Shown: piece after piece, positions 9,165 to 17,577 of the stretch
How positions within the stretch are numbered: position 1 is the stretch's first letter
Layout of the letters: the number at the start of each line of letters is the position of its first letter
NCBI GenBank assembly: GCA_040882355.1
Contig: JBBEBM010000035.1
Coordinates: 62,001 to 120,427, forward strand
Source of the DNA: Dehalococcoidia bacterium
GTDB lineage: Bacteria; Chloroflexota; Dehalococcoidia; DSTF01; RBG-16-68-14
Length of the DNA: 58,427 bases
Reading direction: 5' to 3'
The notes under the pieces: model-generated
The model's input: the letters and a program-made list of their open reading frames with translations, nothing else
What the model was told of the DNA's origin: nothing
Databases searched by the model: none
Position numbers and translations under genes: made by a program

Positions 9165-9527
9165 CTACCTCCTTGATTTCTTCCGCCCCTTGCGCTTTGC
9201 CCCGCTGCTACCCTTGATGTACTCGTACGCCGACTTCGCACCTTCCAGGGCGGTGGGCAGGTCTTCTTCCTTCTCCAGGTTCAGCGTCGTCCACTCGCCG
9301 AAGCCGCGGCCTTGCGGACCCTGGAACATGACGCCCGCCTTGCGGTCCAGCAGCTCCTGGCGCGCGTGGTCGGGCAGCTTGACTGCGAGGCCCTCGGGCA
9401 CCCAGAACGCGAACATACGCCGTCGCACCATGTAGGAGGTCGTGCCCATCATATTGCGCGGCGTCACTTCGGGCCGCTTGATGATCTCGGCCTCGACCTG
9501 TTCGCGCAGTTCTGTCTTCACAGCCAC
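9165..9527 (-). CDS. TfoX-N/YjbR-like small protein
   Basis: RNMMG...Y.V..RMFAF...LAVKLP...EW pattern. Confidence 0.6.
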   Translation of the reverse strand: MAVKTELREQVEAEIIKRPEVTPRNMMGTTSYMVRRRMFAFWVPEGLAVKLPDHARQELLDRKAGVMFQGPQGRGFGEWTTLNLEKEEDLPTALEGAKSAYEYIKGSSGAKRKGRKKSRR

Positions 9528-9533
9528 GTCAGC

Positions 9534-9923
9534 CTACCCATCGATCAGCCAGCCGCCGTCCTGCTCCACGAGCCGGTATGTCACATCCACAGGAAGCCCG
9601 CCTTCCTCGAAACGGGCGCGCACGACGGCGGTACCCTCAACCACGCTCACAGCCGTGATGTGCAGCTCCTCGAATCGTTCGTCCACCGGCAGGACCTCGT
9701 TCAGCGCCTCAACGTGCTTCTCAACGGCTGCGCAGACGTCTGGCTCCTCTCGGCACGCGGGGTCCGTGCTGCCTTCCTCGCGAACGGAGAGCACCGTGAT
9801 CAGCACGATCAAGGCGGCGGCCGCCGAGCCGAGCGTGAAGAAGATGGCGACGAAGCGCCGGCCGGGCACGCGCCGGCCCGCAGGCACGGGAGCCGTTTGT
9901 GTTGAAGGGCGCACGACGGTCAT
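9534..9923 (-). CDS. membrane-anchored hypothetical protein
   Basis: One TM helix and an NTF2-like ending YRLVEQDGGWLI; codon usage like neighbours. Confidence 0.6.
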   Translation of the reverse strand: MTVVRPSTQTAPVPAGRRVPGRRFVAIFFTLGSAAAALIVLITVLSVREEGSTDPACREEPDVCAAVEKHVEALNEVLPVDERFEELHITAVSVVEGTAVVRARFEEGGLPVDVTYRLVEQDGGWLIDG

Positions 9924-9965
9924 GATACGGCCTACGAGCGGGGAGTGCTATGGAAGCGAAGCTAC

Positions 9966-11132
9966 CTACGCCGCCCCCGCCGCCTCGACCGCCTTGTGGG
10001 CGGCTTCGCCCAGGTCGGCGGCGCGGACGACCGGGAGGCCCGACTCGTCCAGGATGCGCTCGCCCTCCTCCACGTTCGTGCCCGCGAGGCGAACGACGAC
10101 GGGCACTCGCACGTCGAGCTGCTTGTGCGCTTCGACGACGCCCTCCGCGATGATGTCGACGCGGGCCATCCCCCCGAAGATGTTGATCAGCACCGCCTTC
10201 ACGCTCGGGTCCGTCGTCAGGATGCGGAACGCGTTCACCACGCGGCTCACGTCGTTTACGGTGCCGATGTCAAGGAAGTTGGCCGGAGCGCCGCCGGCGA
10301 GCTTGATCGCGTCCATCGTGGCCATCGCCAGGCCGGCGCCGTTCACCACGCAGCCGATGTTGCCGTCCAGCTTCACGTAGTTGTTGATCCCCAGCTCCTG
10401 CGCCTGCACCTCCAGCGGGTCCTCTTCGTCAGGGTCGCGCATGGCGGCGATCTCCGCGTGGCGGAAGAGCGCGTTGTCGTCGAAGCTCATCTTGGCGTCC
10501 AGCGCCAGCACCTGACCCGACGCCGTGACGACCAGCGGGTTGATCTCGGCCAGCGAGCACTCCTTCTCGTCGAAGCAGCGGTAGAGCGCCGCCATCAGGT
10601 CGACGGCCGGGCGCAGCAGGTCGCCCGTCAGCCCCAGCGCGAACGCGAGCTCGCGGCCGTGGTGCGGCTGGAAGCCGACGGCCGGGTCGATGGTGATGCG
10701 GTGGATCGCCTCGGGCTGCGACGCCGCGACCTCTTCGATCTCCATGCCGCCGGCGGCGCTGGCGATCATCGTCGCGCGGCCGGCCGCGCCGTCGACGAGC
10801 ACTGACAGGTAGAGCTCGCGTTCGACCTGCGTCTGCTCCTCCACGAGGACGCGCCGCACGAGCTTGCCCTCGGGCCCGGTCTGCGGCGTGACGAGCGTCA
10901 TGCCGAGGATCTGCGCCGCGAGCACCTCCGCCTCGCCGGGGGCGCCGGCGGTCTTGATGCCGCCGCCCTTGCCCCGGCCGCCGGCGTGCACCTGCGCCTT
11001 GATCACGACCGGCTTGCCCAGCTCCTGCGCGATTACGCCCGCCTCGCCAGAGTTCGACGCGACGCGGCCGCGCGGCACAGGCACGCCGTAGTCGGCAAGC
11101 AGCTTCTTCGCCTGGTATTCGTGAATCTTCAT
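9966..11132 (-). CDS. sucC: succinyl-CoA synthetase beta subunit
   Basis: MKIHEYQAK, KAQVHAGGRGKGGG, EINPL, NGAGLAMATMD; true start ATG 11132. Confidence 0.97.
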   Translation of the reverse strand: MKIHEYQAKKLLADYGVPVPRGRVASNSGEAGVIAQELGKPVVIKAQVHAGGRGKGGGIKTAGAPGEAEVLAAQILGMTLVTPQTGPEGKLVRRVLVEEQTQVERELYLSVLVDGAAGRATMIASAAGGMEIEEVAASQPEAIHRITIDPAVGFQPHHGRELAFALGLTGDLLRPAVDLMAALYRCFDEKECSLAEINPLVVTASGQVLALDAKMSFDDNALFRHAEIAAMRDPDEEDPLEVQAQELGINNYVKLDGNIGCVVNGAGLAMATMDAIKLAGGAPANFLDIGTVNDVSRVVNAFRILTTDPSVKAVLINIFGGMARVDIIAEGVVEAHKQLDVRVPVVVRLAGTNVEEGERILDESGLPVVRAADLGEAAHKAVEAAGAA

Positions 11133-11136
11133 TCGT

Positions 11137-11171
11137 TCGTGGTTCGAGCCCCGAGGTTCGAGGCTCGACCG
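11137..11171. repeat. 5 x degenerate heptamer tandem (TCGWGGY-like)
   Basis: tcgtggt tcgagcc ccgaggt tcgaggc tcgaccg immediately upstream of sucC. Confidence 0.6.
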
Positions 11172-11217
11172 ACATCTTACTGGGTGGCGGAGGCTGGCGG
11201 AAGCACGGAGAAGACCT

Positions 11218-11240
11218 GTAGCGGCGACCTTCAGGTCGCC
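11218..11240 (+). repeat. GTAG-type REP-like palindrome
   Basis: GTAG-C-GGCGACCT-TC-AGGTCGCC. Confidence 0.65.
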
Positions 11241-11392
11241 ACCAACGTCGGATGCGCGCAGAAGCTCCGATGCTACAGCGCCTTTCGCCACCAGCTCACG
11301 GGCGGTCTTGATCCCTCGCGCGATGGGCTCCCGGTGTGCCATACTGTCCGCCGCGGGTCCATCGCCAACACTCCATTCGGAGGCAATTTACC

Positions 11393-11794
11393 ATGTCCTA
11401 CTTCCTCGCCAAGACCGACCCGCAAACGTACTCGCTCGACGACCTCAAGAAGGAGGGGACGACTGAGTGGGACGGCGTGCGCAACCCGGCCGCCGTCAAC
11501 GCCATCAAGACGATGAAGCCGGGCGACAGCGTCATCATCTACCACTCGCAGAAGGAGACAGCAGTCGTCGGCCTCGCGAAGGTGGTGTCGGCGCCCCGGC
11601 CGGACGAGGACGACGCCCGGTCCTGGGTGGCCGACTTCCAGTACGTGAAGCATGCCAGGCGCCCGGTGACGCTCCGCGAGATCAAGGAATCGCACCTCTT
11701 CGACGATTGGGCGCTCGTGCGCATGGGCCGGCTGAGCACGATGTCGGCGCCCAAGGAGTTCTGGGACTGGCTCAAGAAGCAGGGCGCGTTCTAG
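11393..11794 (+). CDS. EVE domain protein
   Basis: YFLAKTDP, WDGVRNPAA, MKPGD..IYHS, GRLS. Confidence 0.9.
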   Translation: MSYFLAKTDPQTYSLDDLKKEGTTEWDGVRNPAAVNAIKTMKPGDSVIIYHSQKETAVVGLAKVVSAPRPDEDDARSWVADFQYVKHARRPVTLREIKESHLFDDWALVRMGRLSTMSAPKEFWDWLKKQGAF

Positions 11795-11870
11795 GCAGCC
11801 AACGGCCAGCTACCACCGCGCTGATTGCGTCGGGGCCCTGCCGGAGATGCACCCGCCGGGAGACGTCACT

Positions 11871-12674
11871 TCACACTTCCGAATCGCATGCCGCGCAGAT
11901 CGTCAGGTCGTCGCCATCGCTCGGAAAGAACGTCCTGAGTTGATACGACCCGCATTGGGGACAGCGCACCGGCCCGCCTTGTTCATGCTCGGTTACCGCT
12001 GCTAGAAGGGCTCCGGCCAAGTGATCGCAGGCCGTCAAAGCTATCATAGCTTGGCCACGAGTAGCGTTCTGCGCGTGGGTCAGCCAGTTTGCTAGCTGCC
12101 AAGTTGTCCGAGCGAATCCCCGGAGATGCCTTCGGAGATCGGCACGCGAGGAGCCAGCGGCTACACGCTCGGCGATCAGCTCTGTCCACCGGAGGAAGTT
12201 CGCTGCCTGCGGCCGCTCTTCGCCTCCAGGAACGTATTCATCTGCCGCGATCCCGCGAACGAAGGTCAGTAGTCCCTCGCGCAGGCGCATCCCAACGGCC
12301 TGGAAATCTTCTGCTTCCTCGGCGTTTTCAAGCGCCTCGGCCGCTTGCTCCCATTTCCGCCAGGCACCTGGGCCGCGATCCCTTGCGCGCAGATCCACAG
12401 GGGCCTTGGAACGTGAGCCGAGGACGTGCATCAGCCCTACGTGGTAAGTGAGCGCTACTTCGAAACTTTGAAAGTCCTCTTGTAGGTAGAGATTCGTTCC
12501 GGGTGTTATAACCCACCAACGGGCTTGATCTGTCCACACGTCCCAGATGTCATAGCGGTCCGGGCCGATTCTGCGCGATGCGATCTTCTCGAGGTGCGAG
12601 ATCTCCTCATCGCCCGCCTGCCACGCCATGTAATCGCGGATTGCCCGCCTTTCCGCTTCGCTACGTTGGCTCAT
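11871..12674 (-). CDS. hypothetical protein with C-terminal Zn ribbon, 3' of tRNA-Ser
   Basis: Atypical codon usage; WDVWTD..RWWVIT..NLY; LANWLTH; CPQC...CAAC; start set at ATG 12674 to avoid the tRNA. Confidence 0.7.
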   Translation of the reverse strand: MSQRSEAERRAIRDYMAWQAGDEEISHLEKIASRRIGPDRYDIWDVWTDQARWWVITPGTNLYLQEDFQSFEVALTYHVGLMHVLGSRSKAPVDLRARDRGPGAWRKWEQAAEALENAEEAEDFQAVGMRLREGLLTFVRGIAADEYVPGGEERPQAANFLRWTELIAERVAAGSSRADLRRHLRGFARTTWQLANWLTHAQNATRGQAMIALTACDHLAGALLAAVTEHEQGGPVRCPQCGSYQLRTFFPSDGDDLTICAACDSEV

Positions 12675-12708
12675 CTCAGCAGTGGCGCATCCTGAATGGC
12701 CGCAATGG

Positions 12709-12798
12709 TGGCGGAGGGGGTGGGATTCGAACCCACGGTGGAGTTGCCCCCACAACGGTTTTCAAGACCGTCGCCTTCAACCGCTCGGCCACCCCTCC
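12709..12798 (-). tRNA. tRNA-Ser(UGA)
   Basis: Acceptor GGAGGGG/CCCCTCC, anticodon arm ACGGT-CT-TGA-AA-ACCGT, long variable arm, G73, CCA. Confidence 0.97.
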
Positions 12799-12906
12799 GC
12801 AGTTCAACTCAGTGTAACGAATGACGCCCGGTGATGCCGCTGGCTCGGATGCCCCCTCGTAACCGCCTTGCCCCTACGCCCGCCCCGTCGTACGCTCAGC
12901 GAAGCT

Positions 12907-14016
12907 ATGGCACAGGTCCCCCCGCCGCCAGGCGGAGACATCTCGCCTCCGCCGGTGCCGTACGACTACGATACGTGGTCCGGCCCGCCGCCGATGCAGG
13001 CGCCGCGGCGCCGGCGACGCTGGCGCTGGTGGCTGGCCGCGGTCATCGCCCTCTTCGTCTACGTCGCCCTCGCCGCGATCACCATCGTCCAGCCGGTGAC
13101 CGTCGCCGGGTCGGCGCTGACCGTGCCGATACCCGGCCTGCCACCCGAGCGCATCTTCGACCTGCCCGACGGGCCGTTCACGGTGATGGTGATCGGCCTC
13201 GACATCCGCCCGACGCAGGACGGCCCTTCGCGCACCGACTCGATCCTCCTGCTGCGCGTTGACCCGGACAAGAACCGCGCGGGCATCCTCAGCATCCCCC
13301 GCGACGCGATGATGCAGGTGCCCACGTCGGACGGCGGCACGACGCGCGACCGCGTCAACACCGCCTACGTCTTCAACTGGTCGCGCGACGACACGACGCG
13401 AGCGCCGCACGCGCTGGCCCAGACCGTCGAGAGCAACCTCGGCCTGCACGTCGATTACTACGTCACGTTCGACCAGCGCGGCGCGGCGGAGATCATCGAC
13501 GCGGCTGGCGGCGTGACGGTGAACGTGGAGAAGGCGTTCGGCCAGGAAGACTACTCAGACGACGACATCAACGTCGTCCCGCAGCTCTTCCCGACGGGCG
13601 AGCAGCACCTCGACGGATACAGCGCCGTCGCCTACGGCCGCATCCGGAAGAGGTCGAGCGACTTCGAGCGGATGAAGCACCAGCAGCAGGTGGCGGAGGG
13701 ATTGGTGGAGCAGCTCTCAGCGCCACGCAACGTGACGAAGCTAAGAGGCGTCTGGAACGCCTACGACGATTCGGTGGAGACCGACCTGAGCCTCCGCCAG
13801 AGCGCCGGGATCTTCGTGTTCCTGAAGCGAATTGGCACGCAGCGGATCGTCGCCCGGTCACTGGGCGACGCGGCGGTGCCGTGCAACTACTGCACGGGCG
13901 CGCTGCTACTGCTGCGCCCCGAGGAGGCGGCGCGGCTGATCGCCGAGGCGTTCGGCGACAACGCCGCCGGCCTCATCGCCGCGGGCCACCTCATCTCGGC
14001 GGGCGTGACGCCCTAG
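12907..14016 (+). CDS. LytR-CpsA-Psr (LCP) family protein
   Basis: TM helix then GLD.R, SRTDSILL, LSIPRD, RVNTAY, YGRIR..SDFERMKHQQ. Confidence 0.9.
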   Translation: MAQVPPPPGGDISPPPVPYDYDTWSGPPPMQAPRRRRRWRWWLAAVIALFVYVALAAITIVQPVTVAGSALTVPIPGLPPERIFDLPDGPFTVMVIGLDIRPTQDGPSRTDSILLLRVDPDKNRAGILSIPRDAMMQVPTSDGGTTRDRVNTAYVFNWSRDDTTRAPHALAQTVESNLGLHVDYYVTFDQRGAAEIIDAAGGVTVNVEKAFGQEDYSDDDINVVPQLFPTGEQHLDGYSAVAYGRIRKRSSDFERMKHQQQVAEGLVEQLSAPRNVTKLRGVWNAYDDSVETDLSLRQSAGIFVFLKRIGTQRIVARSLGDAAVPCNYCTGALLLLRPEEAARLIAEAFGDNAAGLIAAGHLISAGVTP

Positions 14017-14102
14017 AAGTACTCCTTGAGTACGTGGTAGAACCACCAGGCGACGGCGATCACCAGGACGAGATACAGGATCTCTCCCATCGACACGTCC
14101 AT
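14013..14102 (-). CDS. 29-aa single-TM small protein
   Basis: MDVSMGEILYLVLVIAVAWWFYHVLKEYF; GAAGGA RBS; GC3-rich codons; stop overlaps LCP stop. Below ORF-track cutoff. Confidence 0.6.
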   Translation of the reverse strand: MDVSMGEILYLVLVIAVAWWFYHVLKEYF

Positions 14103-14335
14103 GCAACGAGTGTCCTTCCGGGCGGGGCAGCTCGGCGGGGTGGCCGGTCACGGGGCGCTCTTTGGGCAGACCCCGTCTAGCTTGTAACGTCGCTACCCCC
14201 GTCTGCGTTGCCGTTGCAGCGACGAATCTGAGGCGAATGTGCTAGATTCAGCCTGGGTACGGCTCCGCACGCCCAGGTCCCGCTTCGCCGCCGAGGGCAG
14301 CGGGGCTGAGGGCCCCGCCCACGAACGGCGCGAGT

Positions 14336-14362
14336 TGTAACCTTTTTCGCCCGCCTTCCGTC
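14336..14362 (+). promoter_or_regulatory. ECF-sigma-type promoter (probably autoregulatory)
   Basis: TGTAAC-N17-CGTC just upstream of the ECF gene; second copy TGTAAC-N17-CGTT at 14183-14209. Confidence 0.7.
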
Positions 14363-14384
14363 TAAGTCAGTGAAGGGAGATGAG

Positions 14385-15041
14385 ATGGAAGAGGCGCTGG
14401 CCCTCCTCGAACGAGCCAAGGCAGGCGACCGCGACGCCTTCGCGGCGCTGGCTGAGGAGCATCGCGCGTCGCTTCACCGGCTCTGCTTCAAGATGACCGG
14501 CTCACGCGAGGACGCCGAGGACCTCGTCCAGGAGACGCTCCTCAAGGCGTACCTGGGTATCGAGAAGTTCGAGATGCGCTCCTCACTCTCCACCTGGCTC
14601 CATCGCATTGCCACGAACCTCTGCATCGACCACCAGCGCCACCGCCCGCCCTGGCGCGAAGAGCGGCGCTGGCAGTGGTTCCAGGACAACCCCGACCTCG
14701 TGCCCCAGATCGCCCAGACCCTCTACCTCTCGCCCGAGTTCGCCGTCGAGGCGAAGGAGGTCGCGGCGACCTGCGTCAACTGCATGACGATGACGCTGCC
14801 CGTGAAGCAGCGCCTGGCGATGGTCCTCTGCGACCAGCTCGGCTTCAGCCGGGAGGACGCGTCGAAGGCGATGAACGCCTCGGTCGCGTCGGTGAAGACC
14901 GAGCTGCACCGCGGGCGCAAGAAGATGACCGACATCTACGAGCGCCGCTGCGCGCTGGTCGACCAGAAGAACGAGTGCAACGCCTGCATCGTCGCCGGGA
15001 TCGGCGAGCGCGAGCGGAAGAGGAGGAAGAAGCAGCGATGA
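14385..15041 (+). CDS. ECF RNA polymerase sigma factor with Cys-rich linker and tail
   Basis: DAEDLVQET, STWLHRIATN, SVKTELHRGR; extra CVNC and RC-x7-CNAC. Confidence 0.9.
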   Translation: MEEALALLERAKAGDRDAFAALAEEHRASLHRLCFKMTGSREDAEDLVQETLLKAYLGIEKFEMRSSLSTWLHRIATNLCIDHQRHRPPWREERRWQWFQDNPDLVPQIAQTLYLSPEFAVEAKEVAATCVNCMTMTLPVKQRLAMVLCDQLGFSREDASKAMNASVASVKTELHRGRKKMTDIYERRCALVDQKNECNACIVAGIGERERKRRKKQR

Positions 15042-15349
15042 TCTGCGGTCACGTGCGCAGCCTACTCTCGGACTACCTGGACGGCGAGCTGAACGAAGAC
15101 GCGTCGCAGCAGGTGCGCGAGCACCTCGATGCCTGTGCCCGCTGCGCCGGCCGCTATCGCGCGTTGCGCCGCACCGTGCGCTTCATCCAGGCGAAGGGCC
15201 AGGTCGACGTGCCGGTCGACTCGCCGGAGCGCACCGCGGAACGCTTCTACGCAGCGCTGATGTCGCCCGACGCGACTGATGACGACGTGTGGCGGGTCTT
15301 CGCGCAGGAGACGCAGCGTTTGGTGAACTCGCAAGGTCGGGAGACCTAG
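15038..15349 (+). CDS. soluble ZAS (zf-HC2) anti-sigma factor
   Basis: MICGHVRSLLSDYLDGEL...HLDACARC (HxxxCxxC); ATGA overlap with the sigma gene. Confidence 0.88.
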   Translation: MICGHVRSLLSDYLDGELNEDASQQVREHLDACARCAGRYRALRRTVRFIQAKGQVDVPVDSPERTAERFYAALMSPDATDDDVWRVFAQETQRLVNSQGRET

Positions 15350-15356
15350 AAGGAGC

Positions 15357-16715
15357 ATGCAAATGGAGAATCGATACGACGTGGTCGTGATCGGAGGTGG
15401 CGTCGCAGGGCTGGCGACGGGCGCCCTCCTGGCGAAGGCAGGCAAGCGCGTCGCCGTGCTGGAGAAGGGCAACCAGATCGGCGGGCGCGCCTACACCTAC
15501 GTCGACCAGGGGTTCGTGCTCAACTACGGCCCGCACGGCATGTACCGCCCGCAAAGCGGCTTGCTTGCGGACCTGCTGAAGCGGCTCGAGAAGCCGCTGA
15601 TCGCAGCGCCCGTCCCGGCGCCGCGCAAGGCTTACTTCTCGCTCGAGGGCCGCTGGGGCGCCATCGGCACCATGCCGCAGGACATCCTCACCACGTCGCT
15701 CTTCCCGTTCGGGAGTCGGCTGCGCATCGTGCCGCTCATGGCCACGATCCGCTTCACCAAGGTCGAGAAGCTGCCGCCCGAGCTCACGCTGGGCGAGTGG
15801 CTCGACGAGAAGGTGAGCGATCCGGCCTTACGAGAGTTCGCGGTCGCGCTCGCGACGATTAACAGCTACACCCGGCCTGCGCGCGACCTGAGCGCCCGCT
15901 TCCTCCTGCGCCACCTCCAGCGCACCATGTTCGAGAAGGACTACGTCGGCTACATGAGCGGCGGCTGGAAGACGATGTACGGCGCGTTCGAGTCGGCGCT
16001 GACGGAGCACGGCGGCGAGATCGTCACTGGCACCGGGGTCGAGCGCCTGATCGTGGAGGACGGACGCGTGGTCGCCGCGCTGGCGACTGGGCAGCGCTAC
16101 GAAGCCGGCGCCTTCGTGCTGACGCTTCCGCCGCAAGACGCGCCGGATGTCGTCGACGAAGGCACGCCGCTGCGCGACGAGCTGGAGCGCTGGCGCGGGA
16201 TGGAAGAGGTTCGCGCCGTCTGCATCGACCTCGGCTTCTCGCGCCGCCTGCGCACGGACCTGACGCTGGTCTACGACGTTGCGGACGACCTCTACTTCAG
16301 CCTGCACTCCGAAGTCACGCCGGACCTAGCGCCGGAGGGCGGCCAGCTCCTCCACGCGATGGCCTACCTCTCGCCGGAAGAGGCTTCGGACGAGTCCGCC
16401 TCTGGCGGACGCGACGCCCGCCAGGCGACCCTCATCGCCGGTCTCGACAAGTACTTTGCGGGTTGGCGCGACGCCACAGTCGTCCAGCGGACGCTGCCCA
16501 ACGCGCGCGTCTCGCCGGCGCGGCAGACGCCGCAGCAGCAGGGCGCGGCTCGCATGCCCGCGCGCTCATCGACCGCCACGAACCTCTACTTCGCCGGAGA
16601 CGCCCGCGACCTGCCGTACAACCTTTCGGAGATCAGCCTCGCCTCCGCCATGGAGGTCGCGGACCTGATCGCGCAAGAGGTGCCAGTCGCGAAGCAAGCC
16701 GCGGCGGTGGGGTAG
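15357..16715 (+). CDS. FAD-dependent oxidoreductase, phytoene desaturase/amine oxidase-like
   Basis: VIGGGVAGL, LEKG..IGGRA, NYGPH, NLYFAGD. Confidence 0.85.
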   Translation: MQMENRYDVVVIGGGVAGLATGALLAKAGKRVAVLEKGNQIGGRAYTYVDQGFVLNYGPHGMYRPQSGLLADLLKRLEKPLIAAPVPAPRKAYFSLEGRWGAIGTMPQDILTTSLFPFGSRLRIVPLMATIRFTKVEKLPPELTLGEWLDEKVSDPALREFAVALATINSYTRPARDLSARFLLRHLQRTMFEKDYVGYMSGGWKTMYGAFESALTEHGGEIVTGTGVERLIVEDGRVVAALATGQRYEAGAFVLTLPPQDAPDVVDEGTPLRDELERWRGMEEVRAVCIDLGFSRRLRTDLTLVYDVADDLYFSLHSEVTPDLAPEGGQLLHAMAYLSPEEASDESASGGRDARQATLIAGLDKYFAGWRDATVVQRTLPNARVSPARQTPQQQGAARMPARSSTATNLYFAGDARDLPYNLSEISLASAMEVADLIAQEVPVAKQAAAVG

Positions 16716-16759
16716 GAGGTCCGCGTTCCTCTCAGTTCGCGCCCGCGGCGATACCTACC

Positions 16760-16785
16760 GTAGGCGAGGCTTCCAGCCTCGCCTA
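16760..16785. repeat. GTAG REP-like hairpin / possible terminator between convergent genes
   Basis: G-TAGGCGAGGCT-TCC-AGCCTCGCCTA, 11-bp perfect stem. Confidence 0.65.
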
Positions 16786-16804
16786 TCATCATAGCCGCGC
16801 TGAT

Positions 16805-17512
16805 CTAGTATGAGTGGAAGTCGCCCTCGGCGGTGCGCAGGTGGTGCACGTCGTTGAGGGAGCGCAGGATGCGGCGGCCGCCATCTCCCGCCATCACGAC
16901 GCTGATCGCCGTGTGCGCGGGACGGAACATCATGTCGTAGGGCGACTTGACGATGTGCGAGACGTAGGCGTTGATCACGCCTCCGTGACAGACGACGGCG
17001 ATGCGCTCGCCCGCTTCGGCCGCGATCGCCATCTCGATGGCGTTGATCGTGCGCTTGCGAAAGTCAAAGCTCGACTCCGAGTACGGGTAGACGTCCCAGC
17101 TCCGCTCGATCAGCATCCGCTGCCCAGCCGCCTTCAGCAGCTCCTTGCCCATCGATTCGAGGGCCGTGCGGTCCTGGGGCACGTCGCGGAAGATCTCGAC
17201 CTCGCGCAGATCGTCGATGACACGCGGCTGGAGCCGTTGGTGCTGCGCGATCGCTTCGGCGGTCTCGAAGGCGCGCTTCAGCGGGCTGGCGAAGACCGCG
17301 TCGATGCGCATCGTCGACAGCGCTTCGCCGAGTAGCCGCGCCTGCTGGCGGCCCTGGTCGCTGAGCGGCGGGTCGACCGTCTCGCCGACCGGACTTTCGT
17401 AGTTGAAGACCTGCTGGGCGTGGCGGATGAGCAGCACCTCGGTCACACCCTCGACCCCGAGGAGGAAGGCGCGGTCGAAGACGCCGGGCGAGCGGGCTGG
17501 ACGTTCGGTCAT
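16805..17512 (-). CDS. histidine phosphatase (phosphoglycerate mutase family)
   Basis: LIRHAQ (RHG variant), SPLKRAFETA, DLRE, VCHGGVI. Confidence 0.88.
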   Translation of the reverse strand: MTERPARSPGVFDRAFLLGVEGVTEVLLIRHAQQVFNYESPVGETVDPPLSDQGRQQARLLGEALSTMRIDAVFASPLKRAFETAEAIAQHQRLQPRVIDDLREVEIFRDVPQDRTALESMGKELLKAAGQRMLIERSWDVYPYSESSFDFRKRTINAIEMAIAAEAGERIAVVCHGGVINAYVSHIVKSPYDMMFRPAHTAISVVMAGDGGRRILRSLNDVHHLRTAEGDFHSY

Positions 17513-17577
17513 TGAGAAAGCTCCTGTCTGGCCGGTGGCCTGGCGGTTAGTGTAGCGTATGACGCCGTGACGAAGAT

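Noticed and set aside
11133..11342. N-terminal extension of sucC in the ORF track
   Set aside because: Conserved SucC begins at MKIHEYQAK; the extension runs through intergenic repeats
12706..12711. Encoded CCACCA at the tRNA-Ser 3' end as a degradation tag
   Set aside because: One extra CCA arises easily by chance and would be trimmed; the acceptor stem is perfectly paired
12675..12755. N-terminal extension of ORF 11871..12755
   Set aside because: Overlaps tRNA-Ser; ATG 12674 is the plausible start
11800..12798. Prophage or integrative element at tRNA-Ser
   Set aside because: No integrase, phage genes or duplicated tRNA 3' end found; only a single-gene islet is supportable
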